Of a stretch of DNA of 18,992 bases, positions 7,941-15,397 are shown one piece after another. Origin of the DNA: Tubiluchus corallicola (Eukaryota; Animalia; Priapulida); NCBI GenBank assembly GCA_030141605.1, contig JAQGDQ010002490.1, positions 1 through 18,992 on the forward strand, read 5' to 3'. The notes below the pieces were generated by a model. The model searched no databases. It saw only the letters and a list, made by a program, of their open reading frames with translations, and was not told the origin of the DNA. The position numbers and the translations under genes are program-made. How positions within the stretch are numbered: position 1 is the first letter of the stretch; each line of letters opens with the position of its first letter.

Positions 7941-8002
7941 AAGAGGTAAGACAAAATCTATGTTGTTAAAAAAAATATTTAAAACTAAAATTAATAAATC
8001 TT

Positions 8003-8284
8003 ATGACAAAAGTTAATGTAAAACCATTAGGAGACCGAGTATTAATCGAACCAGCTGCAGCTGAGGAAAAAACAGCTTCTGGAATTATTATACCAGAAAC
8101 AGCAAAAGAAAAACCTCAAAGAGGCAATGTAGTAGCAGTTGGAACAGGCACAAAAGATGAGCCTTTGACATTAAAAGAGGGAGACAAAGTCTTATATGGA
8201 AAATATGCAGGAACAGAAATTATCCTTGACGATAAAGAATACCTTATAATGAGGGAAGCAGATATTTTTGCAGTTATAAAATAA
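8003..8284 (+). CDS. groES: Co-chaperonin GroES
   Basis: [44 protein letters not shown] and YLIMREADI. Confidence 0.99.
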   Translation: MTKVNVKPLGDRVLIEPAAAEEKTASGIIIPETAKEKPQRGNVVAVGTGTKDEPLTLKEGDKVLYGKYAGTEIILDDKEYLIMREADIFAVIK

Positions 8285-8345
8285 GCACCCTAAAAGAAAT
8301 TAAAAATTAAATTTTGGTATAATTATAAAAAATAATAAAAATAAA

Positions 8346-9983
8346 ATGGCATCAAAGCAAATAGAATTTAGCACCTCTGCTCGTGAAAAACTGAAACAAG
8401 GAGTAGATGTTATTGCAAATGCAGTGAAAGTAACCCTTGGACCTAAAGGGAGAAATGTAATATTAGAAAAAAAATTCGGCGCACCAGCAATCACAAAAGA
8501 TGGGGTTACGGTAGCGAAAGAAATAGATTTAAAAGACACAATAGAAAACATGGGAGCACAACTTGTAAAAGAGGTAGCTTCTAAAACAGCTGACAGTGCA
8601 GGTGATGGAACAACAACTGCAACACTATTAGCACAAGGTCTCTTTACAGAAGGAATTAAAAACGTAGCAGCAGGAGCGAACCCTATGGATATAAAAAAAG
8701 GGATAGATCAAGCAATAAAGGTAGTGATTGAAGACCTGAAAAAACGCTCAAAAGCAATCAAAAGCAATAATGAAATAGCACAAGTTGCCTCAATTTCTGC
8801 AAACAATGATGATGAAATTGGCCAAATGATAGCTAGTGCAATGGACAAAGTAGGAAAAGACGGAGTGATAACTGTAGAAGAAGCAAAGGGAACCACAACA
8901 GAAGTAAAAGTAGTGGAAGGAATGGAGTTAGATAGAGGATACCTATCTCCCTATTTCATAACTAACTCTGAAAAGATGGAAGCAGATTTGGAGAATCCGT
9001 ACATTTTGATATGCGATAAAAAAATCTCTGCAATGAAAGAATTGTTGCCTGTTTTAGAAGCTACAGCACAAACAGGAAATCCTTTGTTGATAATAGCAGA
9101 GGAAGTAGAAGGCGAAGCATTAGCAACATTAGTTGTAAACAGATTGAGAGGCTCTTTGAAAGTTTGTGCTATCAAAGCTCCAGGTTTTGGAGATAGAAGA
9201 AAAGCATTACTTGAAGATATAGCCATATTGACAGGCGGAACAGTAATATCAGAAGATAGTGGCCATAAACTGGAAAATGCAACATTAGAGCATTTAGGAA
9301 GAGCAGAAAAAGTTACTATTGACAAAGATACAAGTGTTATTGTGAATGGTAAAGGTGTTAAAGATGATATTAAAAAACGCATTGGCCAGATAAAAGCACA
9401 ATTAGAAACAACTACTTCAGAGTATGATAAGGAAAAACTTCAAGAAAGACTAGCCAAATTGAGTGGGGGAGTTGCTATTCTATATATAGGAGCAGCTACA
9501 GAAGTAGAAATGAAAGAGAAAAAAGATAGAGTAGACGATGCACTACATGCCACAAGAGCTGCTGTTCAAGAAGGAATAGTGCCAGGAGGAGGGGTTGCAT
9601 TAGTTAGAGCTATCAATGCACTATCAAACGTCCCATATGCCAATGAGGATCAATTGACAGGAGTTAACATAGTGAAAAAAGCACTAGAATCTCCGTTGAG
9701 AGTTATTGTACAAAATTCAGGACAGGAAGGAGCTGTGATTGTACAGAAGGTGAAAGAAGAGAAAGATGATTTTGGTTACAATGCAAGAAAAGACAAATTT
9801 GAGCCTATGGTAGCAGCTGGAATCATAGACCCTACTAAGGTTACAAGGTTAGCATTAGAAAATGCAGCATCTATTGCAGCTCTGTTATTAACAACAGAGT
9901 GTGTAGTGTCTGAAGACGCTGAGGAAGCTGAAAAAGCTGCTCCAATGCCACCAATGCCACCAATGGGAGGAGGAATGATGTAA
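8346..9983 (+). CDS. groEL: Chaperonin GroEL
   Basis: 545 aa. [65 protein letters not shown] and a Pro/Met/Gly tail. Confidence 0.99.
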   Translation: MASKQIEFSTSAREKLKQGVDVIANAVKVTLGPKGRNVILEKKFGAPAITKDGVTVAKEIDLKDTIENMGAQLVKEVASKTADSAGDGTTTATLLAQGLFTEGIKNVAAGANPMDIKKGIDQAIKVVIEDLKKRSKAIKSNNEIAQVASISANNDDEIGQMIASAMDKVGKDGVITVEEAKGTTTEVKVVEGMELDRGYLSPYFITNSEKMEADLENPYILICDKKISAMKELLPVLEATAQTGNPLLIIAEEVEGEALATLVVNRLRGSLKVCAIKAPGFGDRRKALLEDIAILTGGTVISEDSGHKLENATLEHLGRAEKVTIDKDTSVIVNGKGVKDDIKKRIGQIKAQLETTTSEYDKEKLQERLAKLSGGVAILYIGAATEVEMKEKKDRVDDALHATRAAVQEGIVPGGGVALVRAINALSNVPYANEDQLTGVNIVKKALESPLRVIVQNSGQEGAVIVQKVKEEKDDFGYNARKDKFEPMVAAGIIDPTKVTRLALENAASIAALLLTTECVVSEDAEEAEKAAPMPPMPPMGGGMM

Positions 9984-10009
9984 AAACGAGTTTTTTACGT
10001 CTAAAAAAC

Positions 10010-10043
10010 AAAAAGGTTTCTCCGCAAAAGAGAAACCTTTTTT
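10010..10043 (+). terminator. Rho-independent terminator of groESL (symmetrical, potentially bidirectional)
   Basis: AAAAAGGTTTCTC-cgcaaaa-GAGAAACCTTTTTT: 13-bp inverted repeat including the A/T tails, 7-nt loop, 26 bp after the groEL stop. Confidence 0.88.
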
Positions 10044-10207
10044 GCTACATGATGAAAACCAATTTTTTGTTAAATTTCTGTTTTTGACAAATCTCAACTT
10101 GAAAATATAGTTTTTCTTTATATTTTTACATGGAAAGGATAAAATTTGAAACGACTTTAGCCTTTAAGCTATGTTAATATTGGGACTAACCTAAACAAAG
10201 AAATACA

Positions 10208-12106
10208 GTGTTTTACCTTTTAAAAAATAATTTACATCCCCTTTTAAATGCACAACGCATATGTGCAAGTGTTTTTTTTCTTTTGGTGTGTTCTTTTTTT
10301 CATTTATTAACAGCTCAAGACACTGAAAAAAAGGACTATATTGCCCTTATTCAAAAGTATCTTGAAGCCCAAGAACAACCAATAAACATAATAAAAAATA
10401 CCAATGATATTTTACCCATACGAGAAATAAGCAACCTAAATATAAACAGTCTGTCTTTTTGCAAGCAACAAGACTCCTCTTTTGTCAATACCCTTGCATT
10501 ATATGCACCAACAAATAACATTTTCTATTATCCATTAGAACTTTCATTATCTCCTTTTTTAATTTTTTGGCAAAAAATAGCAGCAAGTGATATGGTGATC
10601 ATATCAGCAGACTCATCGTCATTGAGATATTTGAATGCCATTAACCAGCAAGAAAAATTCCCAAAAAATACCATATTAGTTTTTTGGGACAGCTTAGAGC
10701 AAATACCCAATATGGATTTTCTCAATAAATATAAAGCCGTTATCTTGCCATCAAGAAGAAGCGACACAGTGCAGTCGTTTACTGCTCAAATGATATTTGG
10801 CGCCATTGGGGCTAAAAATATTATTGCCAACCAAAAAGAAGATACATTTGAGAATGGAGTGCCCAATAGAATAGAGCCAATACAAAGACTTACCTATTTA
10901 AAAAATGGCACGTTTGATTTTCAACAACAAATAAAACAAAAAATAGATTCTTTGGTAAATATAGCCATATCGCAACAAGCTATGCCAGGCTGCCAAGTAT
11001 TAGTAGCATTAGACGGAAATGTGATTTTAAACGAAGGATATGGCTATCAAACATATGACAGCATCCATCCTGTACAAACTACCAATTTGTATGATGTTGC
11101 ATCCGTAACAAAAATTGTAGGAGCTTTGCCATGCTTGATGAAAATGTATGAAAACTCTATCTTTGACTTGGATACAACCCTATCAACATATCTTCCTTAT
11201 TTTAAAAACTCCAATAAAGAAAAACTAAAATTTAGAAATATGTTAGCACACCAGTCTCAATTGCCTGGTTGGATACCCTTTTGGAAAGAAGAACTAAAAT
11301 CTAATGGAACGTTACGAAAGAGAGCTTTTAAATATAAGCAAAACAAAAAATATACATATCCAATAGCTAATAACCTGTTTGTTGTTGACAATTACCATAA
11401 AAAGATATATAAAGAGATAAAAAAAATAGAATTATTAGACAAACAAGAGTATAAATATTCAGATTTATCCTTCTATTTATATCCTGAAATTATAACCTCA
11501 TTGACTGGAAAAAACTATGAAGAATATTTACAAGACACCTTTTATAATTCACTTGGAGCGACGACCCTGACCTACAATCCCCTGCGGAAATTTCCCATAG
11601 ATGAAATCATTCCTACCGAAAAAGATACTCTGTTCAGAAAAGAGCAGATACATGGCAGAGTGCACGATGAAGGGGCTATATTAATGAAAGGAGTGTCAGG
11701 GCACGCAGGACTTTTTTCTAATGCTAACGACTTAGCTAAAATACTTCAAATGTATATGAATTATGGGGAGTATGGAGGAAAAAGATATTTGAAAAAAACA
11801 ACAATAATTGAGTTCACAAAATGCCAATTTTGTGAACCTAACGATAACAGAAGAGCATTAGGTTTCGATAGACCAAAGTCAACAATAACTCCCAATGGCA
11901 CTACCGCTACGTTAGTAAGTCAAAAAAGTTTTGGGCACACAGGGTTTACAGGAAACTTTGTATGGGTAGATCCAGAACATAAAATCTTACTAGTGTTTCT
12001 TTCAAATAGAGTGTATCCAACACGAAAAAATACTAAACTTATGCAACTAAACACACGAACGAATATACAACAATCTATTTATGAAATTATTTTACAATTA
12101 AAATAA
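10208..12106 (+). CDS. Secreted serine hydrolase (beta-lactamase class C / AmiE-like fold) with a degenerate GH3 C-terminal-like domain
   Basis: 632 aa from a GTG start (in-frame stop at 10187). Signal-like hydrophobic segment ending LTA|Q. Motifs MPGCQVLVA, YDVASVTK (SxxK), YKYSDL, GRVHDEGA, GVSGHAGLFSNA, FGHTGFTG and FLSNRVYP. The N-terminal half includes QSFTAQMIFGAIGAK, similar to the GH3-to-lactamase junction of Bacteroidota fusion enzymes. Confidence 0.88.
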   Translation: MFYLLKNNLHPLLNAQRICASVFFLLVCSFFHLLTAQDTEKKDYIALIQKYLEAQEQPINIIKNTNDILPIREISNLNINSLSFCKQQDSSFVNTLALYAPTNNIFYYPLELSLSPFLIFWQKIAASDMVIISADSSSLRYLNAINQQEKFPKNTILVFWDSLEQIPNMDFLNKYKAVILPSRRSDTVQSFTAQMIFGAIGAKNIIANQKEDTFENGVPNRIEPIQRLTYLKNGTFDFQQQIKQKIDSLVNIAISQQAMPGCQVLVALDGNVILNEGYGYQTYDSIHPVQTTNLYDVASVTKIVGALPCLMKMYENSIFDLDTTLSTYLPYFKNSNKEKLKFRNMLAHQSQLPGWIPFWKEELKSNGTLRKRAFKYKQNKKYTYPIANNLFVVDNYHKKIYKEIKKIELLDKQEYKYSDLSFYLYPEIITSLTGKNYEEYLQDTFYNSLGATTLTYNPLRKFPIDEIIPTEKDTLFRKEQIHGRVHDEGAILMKGVSGHAGLFSNANDLAKILQMYMNYGEYGGKRYLKKTTIIEFTKCQFCEPNDNRRALGFDRPKSTITPNGTTATLVSQKSFGHTGFTGNFVWVDPEHKILLVFLSNRVYPTRKNTKLMQLNTRTNIQQSIYEIILQLK

Positions 12107-12128
12107 CAGATATTTATAAGTTTTTTTC

Positions 12129-12136
12129 TACTTTTG
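12129..12136 (+). promoter_or_regulatory. Housekeeping -7 promoter element (TACTTTTG) for the ECF sigma gene
   Basis: Exact TAnnTTTG preceded by a T-tract, 68 bp upstream of ATG 12205. Confidence 0.55.
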
Positions 12137-12204
12137 AATTCGAAAAAGCAGAAAAGCATTAAATTCAACCCCATATGCTTTTAATTTAGTCATTACAAGT
12201 GGTG

Positions 12205-12744
12205 ATGGAAGACAAGGAAATACTAGAAAAAATAAGAAATCATGACACCAAGCATTATGGTTTTAATTTGTTGGTAAAAAAATACCAAAAAAAAATATAT
12301 TGGCATATACGAAAAATGGTTATAGACCATGATTATGCAGATGATGTTTCACAAGACACCTTTGTAAAAATATGGAAGAATGTAGATTCTTTCCAAGGAG
12401 ACTCTAAACTATACACTTGGATATATAGAATAGCCACCAACGAGTGTTTAAATTTTCTTAAAAAAAAGGGCAGAAGATACTATTTGCCTATTTATGATAT
12501 AAACGCCGAATTGAGTAATAAATTGGGAGATGGACGTTATATAGACCCTGATGAATTGCAAATGAAACTCCAAAAGGCCATTTTGAAATTACCAAGAAAA
12601 CAACAAATGGTATTTAATATGAAATACTTTGATGAAATGAAGTACGAAGAAATGTCAGATATATTAGAAACAAGTGTAGGAGCCTTAAAAGCTTCATACC
12701 ATCAAGCAACAAAAAAAATAAAAAAATATATAGCAGAAAATTAA
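12205..12744 (+). CDS. ECF-family RNA polymerase sigma factor
   Basis: ATG 12205 preferred over GTG 12199. Region 2: ADDVSQDTFVKIW...F.GDSKLYTWIYRIATNECLNFL. Region 4: LPRKQQMVFNMKYFDEMKYEEMSDILETSVGALKASYH. Confidence 0.95.
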   Translation: MEDKEILEKIRNHDTKHYGFNLLVKKYQKKIYWHIRKMVIDHDYADDVSQDTFVKIWKNVDSFQGDSKLYTWIYRIATNECLNFLKKKGRRYYLPIYDINAELSNKLGDGRYIDPDELQMKLQKAILKLPRKQQMVFNMKYFDEMKYEEMSDILETSVGALKASYHQATKKIKKYIAEN

Positions 12745-12769
12745 ACTTTTAGTTTGTGTAATTGTCAAA
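12742..12769 (+). promoter_or_regulatory. Putative ECF-type promoter (TAAAC-N16-TGTCAAA) for the downstream anti-sigma and periplasmic genes
   Basis: TAAAC 12742-12746 overlaps the sigma stop codon, followed by a 16-bp spacer and TGTC 12763-12766, about 22 bp before ATG 12789. This fits the general ECF AAC...(C/T)GTC layout. Confidence 0.5.
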
Positions 12770-12788
12770 TAATTAAAAAATAGATATT

Positions 12789-13259
12789 ATGGAATTAGAG
12801 GATATGGAAAAGAAAAATATTTACAAAGTTCCAGAAGGATACTTTGATGATTTTCTTGGAAACGTGCAAAAAAAGATAACAACAGAACAAAAATATTCAC
12901 CATCCTTTGTTTATCAGCTAAAAAATAGATTTGAAGTTATTAAAAGCCCCTCAGTCCTTACTGCAATAGGAGTAATAGTAGTTACCTTATTTGCAGGATG
13001 GCAAATAGCAATAACATACTTACGTCAACAAGACATTGATTATCAGGTGTCTAAATTGTCACGGCAAGATATTATAGAATATTTCGAAAATAGCCCTTCC
13101 AGCATTTCAAGTGAACCAATTTACCCAGAAAGCAAAAGAGGTTTGTATACAACTGAATCTGTGCTGGATTTAAGCACAGAGATGCAAAACGAAAGCGATA
13201 ATATCTTTGCCTCAGAAGATCTAGAAGTAATATATTATGAATACGTAAGTAGGAGGTGA
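12789..13259 (+). CDS. Single-pass membrane protein, probable anti-sigma factor
   Basis: Directly after the ECF sigma. Short cytoplasmic N-terminus with KNIYKVPEGYFDDF, one TM helix (VLTAIGVIVVTLFAGWQIAITYL) and an acidic C-terminal region. Confidence 0.7.
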   Translation: MELEDMEKKNIYKVPEGYFDDFLGNVQKKITTEQKYSPSFVYQLKNRFEVIKSPSVLTAIGVIVVTLFAGWQIAITYLRQQDIDYQVSKLSRQDIIEYFENSPSSISSEPIYPESKRGLYTTESVLDLSTEMQNESDNIFASEDLEVIYYEYVSRR

Positions 13260-13273
13260 AAAAAATTATAAAG

Positions 13274-13756
13274 ATGAAAAAAGCACTTCTTATATTATTC
13301 ATAATAAGTTTGGGCTGTGGCTATGCTCAAGGACAAGAAGCCAGAAAAAAACCAAGCAATAATGGGTTTGAACGAGTTAGAAAGGTACACACCAAATTTA
13401 TATCGCAAAAATTAGATTTATCACCAGAACAAGTCCCAATGTTTTGGGATATTTATGGCAAGTACAGTGAGGGAAGAAAAGAATATTACGACTATCTTAT
13501 GAAAATGATGTTTCAGTCTCATGAAGAAACCGAAGAATATTTTGAGACACTTATAAAAGAGTATTGCAGAATAAGAGAAGAGCAACTGAAATTAGAGAAA
13601 GAAATGTTTGGAGAGTTAAAAGAAGTAATGACAAATGAACAAATAGTACATTTAATAAGGGCAGATGGAGAATTCAGACGAATGTTAATAAAACGATTGA
13701 CTGAACAAGAGCATCGTAGCAGCCATAAGCACGAAAAAAAGCACAAAAATAAATAA
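13274..13756 (+). CDS. Secreted helical protein, Spy/CpxP-like (LTxxQ-type motifs), ECF-associated
   Basis: ATG 13274 gives the signal peptide MKKALLILFIISLGCGYA|Q; GTG 13256 overlapping the upstream stop is an alternative start. Motifs KLDLSPEQ..FW.IY and EVMTNEQ. His/Lys-rich tail. Confidence 0.68.
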   Translation: MKKALLILFIISLGCGYAQGQEARKKPSNNGFERVRKVHTKFISQKLDLSPEQVPMFWDIYGKYSEGRKEYYDYLMKMMFQSHEETEEYFETLIKEYCRIREEQLKLEKEMFGELKEVMTNEQIVHLIRADGEFRRMLIKRLTEQEHRSSHKHEKKHKNK

Positions 13757-13828
13757 TGAAAATGACGTATAAGAAAGAAATGAAATAAAGATAACGTTTT
13801 ACAATTTTTACAACTTATGATTACATTG

Positions 13829-13867
13829 ACCAAAGGCTTATTCATTCCGAATAAGCCTTTGGTTTTT
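13829..13867 (+). terminator. Rho-independent terminator of the ECF operon
   Basis: Perfect 15-bp inverted repeat ACCAAAGGCTTATTC-attcc-GAATAAGCCTTTGGT followed by TTTT. Confidence 0.85.
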
Positions 13868-13999
13868 CTATTATACATATCACAATATTGAATTTGAAAA
13901 CATTAAAAAAGAAATAATTTGGTTTTATTTTTATATTTATGTTTTTTGTAATTAACTTTTTAATTAAAATCATATATTTACATAAAATTGCATATTGAC

Positions 14000-15397
14000 A
14001 TGTCAAAGAAAAATAGCTATATATTGCTTTTTGTATTCGCCTGTATATCATTAGCATCGCTTGCTTTTGCAAATGAAAATTTTGCACCTCCCTCTTCTGT
14101 TTTCAATGAGGAAAAGAAAAAAATATTAGTGATGAAAATAGATGCAGAAATAGACAAACGAATCAACAGGTATACAAAATTAGCATTAGAACATGCAAGC
14201 GAAATTGATGCAGATCTTGTAATTATAGAAATGGATACATATGGAGGAGCACTACCTGATGCAGATGATGTTAGAAGCAGAATATTAGACTACTCAAACC
14301 CTATTTATGTATTTATTAATAAAGACGCAGCATCAGCAGGAGCATTGATATCTATTGCTTGTGATAGCATATACATGGCAAGAGGCGCAAGTATTGGCGC
14401 TGCCACTGTAGTAACGGGTGGAGAAGGAGAAGCTGCCCCAGATAAATATCAATCCTATATGCGATCCATGATGCGATCTACAGCTGTAGCTAACGGGAGA
14501 GACCCCAAAATAGCAGAAGCAATGGTAGACCAAGACATAGAAGTAGATAGTATATCGCAAGAAGGAAAAGTAATAACACTATCTACATACGAAGCCATTA
14601 AACATGGTTTTTGTGAAAAAGAACTTAACTCTATAGAAGAAATATTAGAGTGGAATAACATTTCCAATTATGAACTAATAAACTTTGAGTTAAGCTCCTC
14701 CGAAAAAATAATTCGTTTTTTTCTCAACCCATTTTTAAGTGGGATATTAATCCTTATTATTATAGGAGGTATTTATTACGAATTGCAATCACCCGGCGTG
14801 GGATTTCCCATTGCTGCATCCATCATTGCCCTAATACTCTATTTGGTTCCATACTACATGAACGGACTGGCTGCTAATTGGGAAATAATCCTCTTTTTTG
14901 TAGGAGTAGTACTCATTGCAGCGGAAGTATTGGTAATACCCGGTTTTGGAATTGCAGGCATATTGGGAATAATATGCTCGTTTTCGGCTTTGATACTAAT
15001 CATGTTGGACAATGACTTATTTGACTTTTCATTTGTAAAGCCAGGCGCATTATTTGATGCAGTCATGGCAGCATTGTTGGGATCCTTGGGAAGTTTTATT
15101 TTAATGTTTGTATTGGGAGTTAAATTTGTTCAAACAAACATGTTTCGGCACGTAGCGTTGCAAACCACTCAAAATAGACAAGCAGGATACTCCGCAACAT
15201 TTTCGCAAGAGCCCTTAATTCATAAAGAAGGCAAAACGTATACAGTATTAAGACCAAGTGGAAAAGTAATAATAGATGGCAATATCTATGATGCAAGCAC
15301 CATGGGAGGATTTATACAAAAAGATCAAAAAATAGTAGTGATAGATGGTGATGGAAGAATGTTAAAAGTAAAAAAAAAGAAAAATGAAAAAATTTAG
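14000..15397 (+). CDS. nfeD: Long-form NfeD family membrane-bound serine protease (ClpP-like domain, TM domain, C-terminal OB fold)
   Basis: ATG 14000 preferred over TTG 13988. Signal peptide; IEMDTYGG, DAASAGALI (candidate catalytic Ser), GASIGAATVV, APDKY (candidate Lys), GRDPKIAEAMVD; multiple TM helices with ELQSPG and EVLVIPGFG; C-terminal TVLRPSGKV.IDG..YDA. Confidence 0.92.
   Translation: MSKKNSYILLFVFACISLASLAFANENFAPPSSVFNEEKKKILVMKIDAEIDKRINRYTKLALEHASEIDADLVIIEMDTYGGALPDADDVRSRILDYSNPIYVFINKDAASAGALISIACDSIYMARGASIGAATVVTGGEGEAAPDKYQSYMRSMMRSTAVANGRDPKIAEAMVDQDIEVDSISQEGKVITLSTYEAIKHGFCEKELNSIEEILEWNNISNYELINFELSSSEKIIRFFLNPFLSGILILIIIGGIYYELQSPGVGFPIAASIIALILYLVPYYMNGLAANWEIILFFVGVVLIAAEVLVIPGFGIAGILGIICSFSALILIMLDNDLFDFSFVKPGALFDAVMAALLGSLGSFILMFVLGVKFVQTNMFRHVALQTTQNRQAGYSATFSQEPLIHKEGKTYTVLRPSGKVIIDGNIYDASTMGGFIQKDQKIVVIDGDGRMLKVKKKKNEKI

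Noticed and set aside
8282-8380. CIRCE-like half-sites (TAAGCACCC after groES, TTAGCACCT in the groEL 5' end)
   Set aside because: Mismatched, with no partner GAGTGCTAA at 9-bp spacing. The second is explained by coding sequence.
9942-9965. Tandem repeat (CCAATGCCA)2-CCAATG
   Set aside because: Encodes the ordinary low-complexity Pro/Met/Gly tail of GroEL.
10208-12106. Calling the serine hydrolase an antibiotic-resistance beta-lactamase
   Set aside because: The motif set (YSD, VHDEGA, GHAGLFS, HTGFTG) fits the broader lactamase-fold amidase/esterase group. Its context is housekeeping and non-mobile.
12287-12718. A9 and A8 runs within the ECF sigma gene as phase-variation tracts
   Set aside because: The frame is intact and Lys-codon A-runs are common throughout this A-rich window. 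Read-level length variation would be needed to support switching.
13842-14087. 81-aa minus-strand ORF spanning the nfeD upstream gap
   Set aside because: Low-complexity I/K/N/F translation of AT-rich intergenic DNA. It overlaps both the nfeD start and the terminator.
15370-15378. A9 run whose 1-base contraction would fuse nfeD to the redoxin
   Set aside because: The redoxin has its own ATG and signal peptide and NfeD ends at its normal OB-fold terminus. The run is better explained as an A-rich initiation region.
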